In this document: positions 1 to 12,929 of the stretch, piece by piece
Layout of the letters: each line of letters opens with the position of its first letter
Position numbering within the stretch: position 1 is the stretch's first letter
Assembly (NCBI GenBank): GCA_951406725.2
Contig: OX597838.1
Coordinates: 18,476,001 to 18,540,000 of the forward strand
DNA length: 64,000 nt
Origin: Octopus vulgaris
Lineage: Eukaryota
Direction of reading: 5' to 3'
Position numbers and translations under genes: made by a program
Notes under the pieces: model-generated
What the model saw: the letters and a program-made list of their open reading frames with translations, nothing else
Database searches by the model: none
Told to the model about the DNA's origin: nothing

Positions 1-609
1 TGATTTGTGGTAGGTACGAGAAAGTGGGGTAAGGTTATGTCATGTGATTTTTTAGAAGTATAGTTATCAATAGAGGAGCTATACTGCGTTCAAGTCACGA
101 ACGAGTTGACTGGTAGCACGTATTGTTTTAGTAATGTGATGTAAGTTAGACGGCAGTTCGTGAGACAAAAGGTTTAAAATAAAGTTAAAAATCATGAAAG
201 AAACGGAGACAAGATAGAAAAGGAGAAAGAATTGAGAGAAAAAAAAACAAAAAAACATAAGAGAGAAAGAGAAAAAAAAATTAATGAGAAAGAAGCTAGT
301 TTATTTTTAATGAAGAGACAAATTGAAAGAAGGAAATAAGGGAAGGAAGAAGGATGACCGTCGAGAGAATGGATGAATAAAGGTATTGGGGAGGTGGTGG
401 TGGTGGTGGTGCTGGTGGTGGTGCTGGCGGGGGGGGGCGATGGATCAATGATACATTCATTACATCTGTATTCATTATAGAAATAGGTTTATTAAGAAAT
501 ACACTTCTTTAACAAATATTATAAATAAAACCTGCATATACATGCGCACTCATACACATACGCGCACACTCATGTGCGTGCACAAACGCATATAAACACA
601 CATACAAGT

Positions 610-722
<113 letters not shown>

Positions 723-1177
723 TAGATATACATACATGCACACACATATACATATTTACATATATATGCTCGTTTTTAGCTGTTATTCTATTTCTAGAAA
801 TTATAGGTTCTACTTTGCGCCCTCATTTATGTATTCGACATTTTGGGTTTTTAATTGCTATTTTATAACGTATTTAATATATCATAATATTAATTTATCG
901 TTAGAATATCTTATACACAAGCAAAATGGTATAATTACAACCATATACAATTTATCCATTTTCTTCTCTAGGCTATTCCTTCTTTTTTTTTTCAGCTCCA
1001 TGTTTCAGATGCGTTTTATTAGCAAATATAATAAATATTTTTAGCATATCAATGGCAATACCATACCAAATTGGAAGCAGAAACAGCTGTTAGATGGGAT
1101 GCAGTCTGTTTGTATCGAATTAATAAATAATACGTGATATAAGTCAATTGTTCCTCATTATTTCTCCATTTTCTATT

Positions 1178-1232
<55 letters not shown>

Positions 1233-1239
1233 CAAACGG

Positions 1240-1558
1240 TAATCAGAAATATTTAAAAATTTCTATTACCTGTGGCCTAGCGTGTAAAAGTTTAGTCAAT
1301 AGACCATATATTATTCGTATAAATACAGTGTACATTTAAATACATATGAGGCATCCATCATAGGATTCCTTGGACGCTAGAGAGGACAGTTAAATTTCAG
1401 ACCATTATTAGGGATAAAATTTCGAAGGGATTAGATGGTAAATGTTTTTATTTTTCATTTCCTTCGAAATTTTATCTCTGATAGTGGTTTGGAATTTAAC
1501 TGTCCTCTCTAGCGTGCAAGGACTCCTATGATGGATGCCTCATGTGTGTTTAAATGTA

Positions 1559-1562
<4 letters not shown>
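1240..1562. mobile_element. PLE pseudo-LTR-like fragment (family F) with inverted duplication
   Basis: Arms 1327-1428 and 1461-1562 are imperfect inverted repeats; same sequence as the tandem units at 11.1-11.9 kb; (TA)n on both sides. Confidence 0.7.
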
Positions 1563-1603
<41 letters not shown>

Positions 1604-1698
1604 ATCCAAACAAGAAAGCACAAAAAAAACACAACAACGCGAGGACGTGGAACAAATATAGTATTATTGGATGCTCAGGAAAGAAGGAAAGAAGGAGG

Positions 1699-1733
1699 GT
1701 TTAACATTTCGAGCGGAGCTCTTCGTCGGAAAC
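1699..1733 (-). ncRNA. Minimal type I hammerhead-like motif, family C
   Basis: GUUU-CCGACGA-A-GAGC(UCC)GCUC-GAAAU-GUU/AAAC within a ~200 bp element (1600-1802) between (TA)n tracts. Confidence 0.6.
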
Positions 1734-1800
1734 ATAGGAGAAGGAAAGATCCAGAGAAGGGAAGACAGAGGGACAAAAATAGCCAACGGTACACACGAGG

Positions 1801-1838
<38 letters not shown>

Positions 1839-2217
1839 GTACACACACACAGTGCACATAATTTTATGTACACAGGTACACGAAATACAAATATATACAG
1901 TTATAGATATATAAACTTAGAGGTGTTCTGTGTGTGTTTGTGGAGAGAGACAGACAGATTCACAAGTGACGGCTGTGATAATGTATATATACATGTGTAT
2001 GTGCATACTCACACACATGCAAATAGAAACACACACTCACTCACACATACAGAGACAAACACGCATATAACCACAGCCGTTACTTTACGAGTGTGACTTT
2101 AACACATGTACAGCACGCTTTCCCAAATTGTTTTTGGAACACATGTAGACGCGAGCAGACATAGACGTTCTTTAGGCCGTCTCACTCCCGACGCAGGGAA
2201 ACATCTAGGAGAGAGAG

Positions 2218-2264
<47 letters not shown>

Positions 2265-2297
2265 GGGAGAGAGAGATAGGCATACAGACAGACAGAA

Positions 2298-2655
2298 AAA
2301 GCGAAGGTGGAAGTATTGTTTTCAGTCGTGTTTGTTTGTTTGTCTGTCCGTAGACAATATATCTCAAGAACCGCTGGATGGATTCGGATGCAACTTTCGG
2401 GGATGTTTGGCCCCGTGACTGGTACAAACTGAATAGATTTTGGGATTGATCCAATATCAGACAAGAATTCTGGATTATTTTTCCAGTTTTTTACTTAATA
2501 TTTGAGTGCGGTCGGGTTCATTTTTAGTATTCTCGTTTGTGAGAGCAGTCGAGTTTATTTCAGATATTCTCATTATAAAAATCATCTCCGGCTAATCGTT
2601 GAGAGGACGTTGGTGTTACCTTGGCGGAGGTTTGCGCTCTCTGAGTGCTCTTGTT
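2298..2655 (+). mobile_element. DINE-1/HINE-like non-autonomous Helentron element, 5' end damaged
   Basis: GTTTGTTTGTCTGTCC microsatellite near 5' end; subterminal GGCGGAGGT followed by GCGCTC-TCT-GAGTGC stem-loop and TT at 3' end. Confidence 0.6.
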
Positions 2656-2714
2656 TATTTATACATCCAAGTATAAAAGAGTAAAGGTACAAACAGGTGT
2701 ATTAAAATTATTGT

Positions 2715-3075
2715 GACTGTGTAGTAACAAGTTTGCTTCCCAACTACATGGTTCCGAGTTCAGTCCCACTGCGTGACACTTTGGGTACCTGTCTTCTACT
2801 ATAGCCTCGGGCCAACCAAAGCCTGCTGAGCGGTTTTGGGAGACGGAAACTGAAAGAAGCCTATCGTATATGTATATATATATGTGTGTGCGTATGTGCG
2901 TGTGAGTTTTTCTTCCCCACTCTTGCTTCTCAACAAGTTTTGGTTTATTTACGTTCCCGTAATTTGCGATTCGACACAAGTGACCGATATAATAATTACT
3001 AGGCTTTAAAAGAGTCCTGTGGTCGATCCGTCCGACTAAAATTCTTCAAGGCGGTGCCCCAGCATGGCCGCAGGC
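2715..3075 (+). mobile_element. tRNA-derived SINE, CORE-like family 2
   Basis: Matches family: TGTGTGGTAAG...GTTCAGTCCCACTGCGTG...GCGGTGCCCCAGCATGGCCGCAG tail. Confidence 0.8.
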
Positions 3076-3474
3076 TAATTATTGCAACAAGTAACAAGAA
3101 CATATAGGAACGAAACAGCTGATAGTGGCGGTGGGAGTGTGGCACGTTGATGGTAGTGGTGTCAATACGGTAGTGGTGGTGACAGCAGCGGTGGTGGTGG
3201 TGGTGGTGGTGGTTGTGGTAGGAGATGTAGTTGTCGTGGTGGCTGGATTGATATTGATTTGAAATTCTGGCACAAGGTCAACAATTTCGTGGGGGAGAAG
3301 TCGATTAATTAAACCCTAGTATATGACTGGTACTTATTCTACCGACCACTAAGAGGATGAATGGTAAAGTTGGCTTTAGCAGGATTTGAACTCAGAACGT
3401 AAAGACAGACGAAATGCCGCTGTATATATGTATACTAGAATAAAGGTACAAACAGGTGTGTTAAAATTATTGTG

Positions 3475-3725
3475 ACTGCGTGGTAAGAAGCTTGCTTTCC
3501 AATTACATGATACCGAGTTCAGTCCCACTGCGTGGCAACTTGGGCAGTTGTCTTCTGCTTTAGCCACGGGTGATTAAAGCCTTGTGAATGGATTTGAGAG
3601 ACAGAAACTGGAAGAAGCCCATCGTATATGTAGATGTGTGCGTGTGTGTGTGTTTCTCCTCCTACTACTGCTTGTCAACCAGTGCTGGTTTGTTTACGTC
3701 CCCGTAATTTAGCGGTTCGATACAA
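3475..3725 (+). mobile_element. SINE family 2, 3'-truncated duplicate of 2715-3075
   Basis: Same head and same 5' flank as the 2715 copy. Confidence 0.7.
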
Positions 3726-3748
3726 GTCGCCGGCGTGCTAACGATTCT

Positions 3749-4531
3749 TATTTCTTTGTTGCCCACAAGGGGCTAAACATAGAGAGGACAAACAGGACAA
3801 ACAAACGGATTAAATCGATTAGATTGACTCCAGTGCGTAACTGGTACATATTTAATCGACCCCGAAAGGATGAAAGGCAAAGTCGACCTCGGCGGAATTT
3901 GAACTCAGAACGCAGCGGCAGACGAAATACCTATTTCTTTACTACCCACAAGGGGCTAAACACAGAGAGGACAAACAAGGACAGACAAACGGATTAAGTC
4001 GATTATATCGATCACAGTGCGTAACTGGTACTTACTTAATCGACCCCGAAAGTATGAAAGGCAAAGTCGACCTCGGCGGAATTTGAACTCACAACATAGC
4101 GGCAGACGAAATACCTATTTCTTTATTACCCACAAGGGGCTAAACATAGAGAGGACAAACAAGGACAGACATAGGTATTAAGTCGATTACATCGACCCCA
4201 GTGCGTAACTGGTACTTACTTAATCGACCCCGAAAGTATGAAAGGCAAAGTCGACCTCGGCGGAAATTGAACTCACAACATAGCGGCAGACGAAATACCT
4301 ATTTCTTTATTACCCACAAGGGGCTAAACATAGAGGGGACAAACAAGGACAGACATAGGTATTAAGTCGATTACATCGACTCCAGTGCGTAACTGGTACT
4401 TAATTTATCGACCCCGAAAGGATGAAAGGCAAAGTCGACCTCGGCGGAATTTGAACTCACAACGTAGCGGCAGACGAAATACCGCTAAGCATTTCGCCCG
4501 GGCGTGCTAACGATTCTGCCAACTCGCCACC
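3749..4531 (-). mobile_element. Tandem array of four units of a Meta-domain tRNA-derived SINE (family 1)
   Basis: ~183 bp unit repeated four times, each with GAGTTCAAATTCC B-box and GCCTTTCATCCTTTCGGGGTCGAT Meta-like domain; single complete A-box head near 4530. Confidence 0.85.
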
Positions 4532-4569
4532 ATATTGACTGGGATTATATTAAGTTGTTGTTTAACTTA

Positions 4570-4972
4570 CTCTTTTACTCTTTTACTTGTTTCAGTCATT
4601 TGACTGCGGCCATGCTGGAGCACCGCCTTTAGTCGAGCAAATCGACCCCGGGACTTATTCTTTGTAAGCCCAGTACTTATTCTATCGGTCTCTTTTGCCG
4701 AACCGCTAAGTAACGGGGGACATAAACACACCAGCATCGGTTGTCAAGCAATGCTAGGGGGACAAACACAGACACACAAACACACACACGCATATATATA
4801 TATACATATATACGACGGGCTTCTTTCAGTTTCCGTCTACCAAATCCACTCACATGGCTTTTGGTCGGCCCGAGGCTATAGTAGAAGACACTTGCCCAAG
4901 GTGCCACGCAGTGGGACTGAACCCGGAACCATGTAGTTGGTAAACAAGCTACTTACCACACAGCCACTCCTG
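4570..4972 (-). mobile_element. SINE family 2, full length
   Basis: Head AGGAGTGGCTGTGTGGTAAG, internal (TA/TG)n, tail GACTGAAACAAGTAAAAAGAGTAAAAGAG. Confidence 0.9.
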
Positions 4973-5311
4973 TAATTTTCCTTCTAACATTTCCTGAATT
5001 TATTTACAGCCTCTTCCACCACTGCCTTTTCCTCCTCCTCCCTTTCCCTCGCCTTTTTTTTTCGTATCCTCTTCCCGCTCTCTACGTTTTCCTTTCTCTA
5101 TCTTTCTGTCCCCACTCTTTACGTCTCCTCCGTACAGATTTATTCCCCTTCCATCTTTCTCCCCCATATTCCAGAATCAATTACAGTTTTATCATTTCCC
5201 CATACCGTCTACCTAAATTTCTCAACCCCTCCCTTTCTTCTCTCTCTCTCTGAACCGGTAAAATTGTCTATCTATCTGTCTATCTGTCTGTCTGTCTGTT
5301 TGTCTATTTGC

Positions 5312-5397
<86 letters not shown>

Positions 5398-5954
5398 GTC
5401 TAACTATCGCTCGATCGATCTATTGATCTATATTTCTCCCTGTATTTCACTTTTTCCTCTTAACATTCGCTACCCCAACCCACTTTCCCCCTCTCCGCCT
5501 CCTCCTCCTTACTATTTCTACCGTCCCAATCCTCACCCTTGTTCTCCACCCTACCCTCTTTCTCTCTCCTCTTTCTGCTTATTCAGTTTTCCCTCCAGAT
5601 CTCTCCCCACCCCACCTATCTTACGTCCCTCGCCGACAATTTCCATTCAAGAAGAAAAGAAGGAAGACATGAGAGAGAGAAAGAGAGCGAGAGAGAGAGA
5701 GAGAGAAAGAGACAGACAGAGAGACGAATAAAGGGATAAAGAGAGGAAGGGAGAGAGAAAGAAAAAGGAAGATAGAGATAAAGAAAGAAAAGAAGGAAGA
5801 AAAGCCGAAAGAAAGGGAAGAAAGAAAGAGAGAAAGAAAGAAACCGCAACAACAAGTCAATAAAATGAAACAAAACAACTTCGTGCGTCACAAATGCTTC
5901 GAAAAGACTTGACGTCATCCTATGAAGGATTTAGTGATTAATTTACTGTCTCTT

Positions 5955-6061
5955 TCGACAACAACAACAACAACAGCAATAACAACAACAACAACAACAA
6001 CAACAGCAACAACAACTGCATCAGAAACAGGAGCTGCACCATCAACAATTCCAACAAAATT

Positions 6062-6096
<35 letters not shown>

Positions 6097-6301
6097 CTAT
6101 AACAAGCAAATATGCATAATCACAAATACAAAGTCAATTATTAGAGGGAAAAACCTGGTACAAAACAACCATCACAACAATCACATCGACAACAACAACA
6201 ATAGCAATCACAGCAACAACAATGACGGGAAAGAGCGGTAGCAACAAGAACATCAACAAGCACAATAAGGACAATAATAATACTAATACTAATACTAATA
6301 C

Positions 6302-6343
<42 letters not shown>

Positions 6344-6348
6344 TGATG

Positions 6349-6388
<40 letters not shown>

Positions 6389-6474
6389 TGATGATGATGA
6401 TGATGATAATAATAGTAGTAGTAATAATGATAATAATAATAATGATAATAATAATAATAGTAATAGTAATAATG

Positions 6475-6522
<48 letters not shown>

Positions 6523-6546
6523 GTAATAATAATAATAATAATAATA

Positions 6547-6583
<37 letters not shown>

Positions 6584-6765
6584 TGATGATGATGATGATG
6601 ATGATGATAATAATAATAGTAGTAGTAATAATGATAATAATAATAATGATAATGATAATAATAGTAATAGTAATAATGATAATAATAATAATGATGATAA
6701 TAATAATAGTAATAAAAACAATGATAATAATAATAATAACAATAACAACAACAACAACAACAACA

Positions 6766-6815
<50 letters not shown>
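5955..6815. repeat. (AAC)n and compound (AAT/GAT/AGT)n microsatellites
   Basis: Direct reading; source of the poly-N/I/L ORFs. Confidence 0.95.
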
Positions 6816-6817
6816 CA

Positions 6818-6960
6818 ATTCTTTTTTATTGGCCACAAGGGCTGACACGCATGATTACATAAAGGGACAAGACAGGACGAAAGGTTACAAAGGGTTTTGC
6901 CGTTTTTTTTAAAAACATCGAGTAAAAATCTTTATAACAACTTATAAAATTCAACAATGA
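6818..6960 (-). mobile_element. 3' tail of a retroposon (possibly L1/Tx1-like) next to (AAT)n
   Basis: Minus strand ends GTCAGCCCTTGTGGCCAATAAAAAAG, similar to the family 1 SINE tail and to 24905-25030. Confidence 0.4.
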
Positions 6961-7614
6961 AAAACTCCCAAAAGGGGGAGACGTGACATTATTAAAATAA
7001 TCAGAACGTCAACATTAACAACACTAATGCTAGAATACTAATCACAACAAATACAACAACAGCAACACATGAGAAACCGACCCAGTGAGAAAGTAGCTTC
7101 AACCTGGTCTTTCGGCCTGCTAGAAATAACAGCTAATTTCCCCTGAATTCAGAATATTTCTACCGGTTTAAAATAGAGAAAGGATATGTTCGACAATTTA
7201 GCCTGAGATAAAAAAAATATTATGCATTAAAAATGGCAGGGTTGTCATGACTGGATATCTTTGACTGTAGTTCTGTTGGATTTGGCTGGGTATTCCACAC
7301 ACACGCACACGTCTACCCTCATTGAGAATCAGCAGGACACACACGAGTGTGTGTGTGTTTTGAGACAAAGGTGGAGCTTTTAATTGCAGGTAAATTCCAT
7401 CTTACGAACTTCCACACAGTTCCCGTCCATCCAGTGCCACTCACAAGGTTCTGGTTGACACTTGCCCCAAAACGCCAAGCACTAGGATCGATCTCTGAAC
7501 CATGTGATTGCGAAACTGTAAAGCAGACATCATAACCATTCGGCCATACAGCATCTTCAACCAGTCATCATAACATCAACAACAACAATATTAACAAATA
7601 ATACTACTCAACAT

Positions 7615-7778
7615 CACTACACCCGCTACTACTACTACACCCGCTACTACTACTACTACTACTACTACTACTAATACTACTACTGCTGCTGCTGCTGCTG
7701 TTGCTACTACTATTACTACTACTACTACTATAACTACTACTACTACTACTACTACTATAACTACTACTACTACTGCTG

Positions 7779-7820
<42 letters not shown>
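7615..7820. repeat. (ACT)n microsatellite
   Basis: Direct reading. Confidence 0.95.
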
Positions 7821-7836
<16 letters not shown>

Positions 7837-8011
7837 CACCGGGATCAGAGACTATTGCAACATCAACAACGATAATAATTATTAAAAGTCTGGAGGTGTC
7901 TTCGATCTGCTAGAAGTAGCAGCTGATCTCTTGTGGCTTACTGTCATAAAATGGATAGAATTGATGACGAAAATAGCAACAGAAAACTGGGTTGCCACGA
8001 TTGGAATAACT

Positions 8012-8233
8012 GTTTCTTTATTGCCTACAAGGGGCTACACACAGAGGGGACAAACAAGGACAGACAAACGGATTAAGTCGATTACATCGACCCCAGTGCG
8101 TAACTGCTACTTAATTTATCGACCCCGAAAGGATGAAAGGCAAAGTCGACCTCGGCGGAATTTGAACTCAGAACGCAACGACAGACGCAATACCGCTAAG
8201 CATTTCGCCCGGTGTGCTAACGTTTCTGCCAGC
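8012..8233 (-). mobile_element. SINE family 1 (Meta-like)
   Basis: Same sequence as the 3749-4531 unit plus head. Confidence 0.85.
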
Positions 8234-9162
8234 TAATAACACCACTGAGTAGAGGAGTCCTCGATGAGAATTGACCTGGGGCTAAACACAAGCGACAAGA
8301 ACAGTAACACGCGGTCGGACGTCAGAATAAGAGGAACAAAGGCCAACAACAGCAGCACCAGTACGGTCGACAACCACGCCAACAGCGGCAACTCATCGCC
8401 ACAAAGTCCCCACACATAACACACACACACACAAATATACAGCACACACGCATATACATGCACACGATCACACACACACACACACATATATATTACTATC
8501 GGCAATTACCAACCGACAAGCATCAGCACCTCAACCACCACCACCACCACCACCACCATCACAGTCGCCACCGCCGCCACCGATGCGACCATCAACAAAA
8601 GCAGAAAGCCACACTGCAGTAGGATCTTGCCAACAAGTCAGCTGTTTCCTATATTATCAAACTCCATATTGCAATGAAAACGCGCCATCTTTAAACATGC
8701 TTGGCAGTTTTAGAAAACAGCAGCAATACAATAAAAAATAAAAAATAAAAAAAATAAAAAACTTTATTCAATGTTGCTATAGCAACCATTGCTACACTTC
8801 CAGATTTTCTCTCCTTTTCTGCTCTAAGAACAGACATTGCTTCACACAACCAAATGGGATTAATGATATACATGCATACATACATACGTACGTACATACA
8901 TGCACACATACATATACATACATATACACATACATACATAAATACATACATATGTATGTTTATATATATATATATATATATGCTTTATAAGTTATAATTG
9001 AAATTCAACATTATAATGTACGTACCGCTAAATTGAAGACGCATTTGAATTATGCTGCATGGGCAACATGTATAAAATAATATTTCGCAGATATAGAATA
9101 TATTTATTGAATTATATACATACATATATACATATATAAATATATGTATTATATATAAATAT

Positions 9163-9513
9163 ATGCCAAGGATTCCAACATCACCATCAAAATACAGGTC
9201 CAGATACTGCAACAGCTTGGGTTTCAGAGGACCACAGCTCTTTAACATCCTCCCTAAATGCCTGAGAGACTTACATGGTGTGGATGTGGGTTTCTTTAAA
9301 ACTAAACTGGATCTCTACTTGTCGGGAGTCCCAGATGAACCTACCTCACGACAGGAGACACAGATGCGGGCAGCAGCATCGAACTCCCTTGTTGAACAAG
9401 TGCCACGTACCAGAGGTGGATTCACAAATTAGTGTAGCTCATTCAGCGGTGGTGCCCCAGCATGGCCGCGGCCTTCGGACTAAAACATTTTTAAGGATTT
9501 AAGAATTTTAAGG

Positions 9514-9518
<5 letters not shown>
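9163..9518 (+). mobile_element. 3' end of a CR1-group LINE (ORF2 C-terminus plus 3' UTR)
   Basis: RGPQLFNILPKCLRDL...FKTKLDLYLSGVPDEP...AASNSL, typical CR1-like C-terminus; ends in TTTAAGGA repeats. Confidence 0.75.
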
Positions 9519-9558
<40 letters not shown>

Positions 9559-9562
9559 GATA

Positions 9563-9786
9563 GATTTCTTTACTACCCAAAAGGGGCTAAACACTGAGGA
9601 GACAAACAAGGACAGACAAAGGGATTAAGTCGATTACATCGACCCCAGTGCGTAACTGCTACTTAATTTATCGACCCCGAAAGGATGAAAGGCAAAGTCG
9701 ACCTCGGCGGAATTTGAACTCGGAACGTATCGACAGACGAAAAACGGCTAGGCATTTCGCCCGGCGTGCTAACGGTTCTGCCAGCT
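9563..9786 (-). mobile_element. SINE family 1 (Meta-like)
   Basis: Family match. Confidence 0.85.
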
Positions 9787-9876
9787 CTATATATAGAGAG
9801 AGGGTGGGTCATAAGTCAAGCACCAAAACAGTTGACATTTTATTGAATTATTATTGTTACTATTATTGTTGTTGTT

Positions 9877-9939
<63 letters not shown>

Positions 9940-9942
<3 letters not shown>

Positions 9943-10655
9943 TAGTTTTATTTTTATAGCGTGCTTTCACTTCACTATCGAGCGCAGCTCTGTGTGCCTT
10001 GGGTATGTGCTGTGATTTGTTGTGATGCTCTGATGGTTATTGTATGGAAAGTGTTCTGCGTAGGATGTGTGCAGTGCCTAGTAGTGCAATTTTCTGTATG
10101 TTATATGTGTTTGTAAGTCCTGGTGTTTTTGTTATGTATTTGTCTGAATATTTTTTTATCATGCCTAATGCACCTACTATGATAGGAATTGTTTCTGTTT
10201 TCAGATTCCACATTCTTGTTACCTCTATTTCCAGGTCTTTGTATTTTGAGAGTTTCTCCACTTCTTTTAGAGACACGTTGTCATCAGCCGGTATTGATAC
10301 ATCAATTAGAAAGCATTTTTTTCTTCATGATCTCTGACAACTATATCTGGTCTGTTGGCCTTAATTTCTCTATCTGTGTGTATCGGCATATCCCAGAGTA
10401 TGGTTGCTTTCTCGTTTTCTGTGACCTTTTCTGGTGTGTGCCTATACCATCTTTTTTCTGTTGTTATTCCATAATGTTGGCAGTTACTTGTAATATTTCT
10501 TTTCATAACATGTTTTTGGTAATTTCTGGTGGGGAGGCTTTGGTCTTGTGCTGCAATTAAAAATCCCTCTGTTTCTGCTTTGAGTCCTGAGCTTCTCAAC
10601 CATTGCTGGGATTTTTTTTTTGTCTATTTCTTTTGCGTTTAGTTTAGTCCAGTAT
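9940..10655 (-). mobile_element. 5'-truncated R4/Dong-like LINE with restriction-like endonuclease domain, frameshifted
   Basis: ETEGFLIAAQDQSL, ILWDMPIHTD..ANRPDIVV, EKLSKYKDL, PIIVGALG, QKIALLGTAHILR; (ATT)n on both sides. Confidence 0.85.
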
Positions 10656-10661
10656 AATAAA

Positions 10662-10727
<66 letters not shown>

Positions 10728-10729
<2 letters not shown>

Positions 10730-10910
10730 GGTGGCGAGCTGGCAGAAACGTTAGGACGACAGGTAAAATTCTTAGGGGTATTTCGTCCGTCGCTACGTTC
10801 TGATTTCAAATTCCGCCGAGCTCGACTTTGCCTTTCATCCTTTCGGGATCGATAAAGTAAGTATCAGTGAAACACTGGGTTCGATGTAATCGATTTGTTC
10901 CCTCCCCCTA
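10728..10910 (+). mobile_element. SINE family 1 (Meta-like)
   Basis: GGTGGCGAGCTGGCAGAAACGTTAG head and Meta-like domain. Confidence 0.8.
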
Positions 10911-11061
10911 AATTATATATTACATCGTTTCTGTGTGATAAGAAGCTTGCTTCCCAACTGCGTGGGTCCAGATTTATTACCACTGCATGACACCTTCGGC
11001 AAGTGCCTTCTGCTATAACCTCAGGACGACCAAAGTAGATGGAAACCGAAAGAAGCCCTTC

Positions 11062-11107
<46 letters not shown>

Positions 11108-11109
<2 letters not shown>

Positions 11110-11920
11110 GAGGCACATGCTGGATTTATCTCATACTTATATGTTTAATCTAGGCGTACCTGTTGATGAAGACTTCGCCTAGCAAATCATTTTATTTGCT
11201 AACAAAAAAGGCTAAAATCAAGGTCCAGCAGTTAGATGGTAAATGTTTTTATTTTTCATTTCCTTCAAGTTTTTATCCCTATTAGTGGTTGGACTTTAGC
11301 TATTCCTTCAAGCGTGAAAGAAATACTATGATGGCTACCTCTTATGTGTTTAAATGTACACTGTATTTATATGAATAATATATAGTATATTGACTAATTT
11401 TCATACACGCTAGGCCACAGGTAGTAAAAATTTCTAAAATTTTTATAACCCTAATATTATTAATTATTGATAATTTTTTTCTGCAAAATTGTTCGAAGAA
11501 ATGCCGTTACATTTTTGCTGCCGACAAAAAACTGCACTTGCGCGGTGAATTTGAAAAATTATAATGAATAAAGCAAGAGACACATGCTGGATTTGCCTCG
11601 TACTTACATATTTAAACTAGGCGTACCTGTTGATGAAGACTTCGCCAAGCAAATTATTTCATTTGCTAAAAAAATTCTGAAACAACGGTCCAGGAGTTAG
11701 ATGGTAAATGTTTTTATTTTTCATTCCCTTCGAGATTTTTATCCCTAATAGTGGTTTCGACTTTAGCTGCTCCTTCTAGCGTGAAAGGAATCCTATGACG
11801 GATGCCTCTTATGTGTTTAAATGTACACTGTATTTATATGATTGATATATAGTCTATTGACTATTTTTCTGCGCGCTAGGTAGTAAAAATTTCTAAACTC
11901 TTTATTATCCTAATATTATT
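11108..11920 (+). mobile_element. Tandem dimer of family F element (period ~467 bp)
   Basis: CACATGCTGGATTT...TAGGCGTACCTGTTGATGAAGACTTCGCC repeated about 467 bp apart; (TA)n flanks. Confidence 0.8.
11626..11694 (+). ncRNA. Type I hammerhead-like motif, family F (C3U core)
   Basis: CCUG-UUGAUGA-AGACUU...AAUUCU-GAAAC-AACG-GUC/CAGG; degenerate partner at 11159-11229. Confidence 0.55.
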
Positions 11921-11925
11921 ATTAT

Positions 11926-12023
<98 letters not shown>

Positions 12024-12801
12024 CATATATATATATACACATACATATATATAGATATATACACACATACATATATATATATATATATACGTATGTATTA
12101 TGTATGTATGTATGTATGTATGTGTGTATGTATGTATACATGTACGTATGTATGTATGTATGTTTGTATGTAATGTAAATATGTACGTCTGGTGGGTTTC
12201 TACACGATATTAGCCAAATTTCATCCACATGACTTCGATCGATAGCAGGTGAAGACAGAAAATATCCGTTTAAAACAGGTGAATGTATGAATGAATCTAA
12301 AATCACGTACACATGAATAAAGATTAACAACATAACCACACCTACACATATTTACAACAAACTCATTTATGTAAGATTATTGTCTGTGTACGCAGACATC
12401 TATATAGGTACATATGTGTGTGCGCGAGTATGTTTGTGTGATATTTACTACACTTTAGAGGATGGTTATAGCTGCTACTAAAAATTTCACTAGTTGAATA
12501 ATAATATAATAATATAATAGTATAGTAATATTCTTCTTGTTAATGACCGGATTCCATTTTACATTTCCATAGTAGCCACGTAGTTTTAAAACGGAATCAA
12601 GTCCTTAACGGTGTGAATATCTTAGAATAATTCTTTTGAAACCATGATATTTCAGTATAATAATAATATAGAATTGATGGAAATTTTAGCAGCAGCTATG
12701 GCCAACCCATAAACTGTATAAATTCTATAATTATCTTGCTTTTTTTTTTTCGTAGTTTTATGATTATCGATACTGGTACTCTCTCGCCCCTTCTCTCTCT
12801 C

Positions 12802-12884
<83 letters not shown>

Positions 12885-12929
12885 ATGATAAATCTCAGAG
12901 CGAGTTATAAACAGTAGCAGCAACACATC

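Noticed and set aside
1045-1097. GAAACAGCTGTT with palindrome, hammerhead-like 3' half
   Set aside because: No recognisable CUGANGA core upstream; at best a relic
3749-4531. Regularly spaced repeats that could be mistaken for a CRISPR array
   Set aside because: Whole units are repeated with no unique spacers; SINE multimer in eukaryotic DNA
12460-12710. Decayed inverted repeat with internal GATTCC/GGAATC stem
   Set aside because: Probably another old inverted element, but no ribozyme core or family can be assigned
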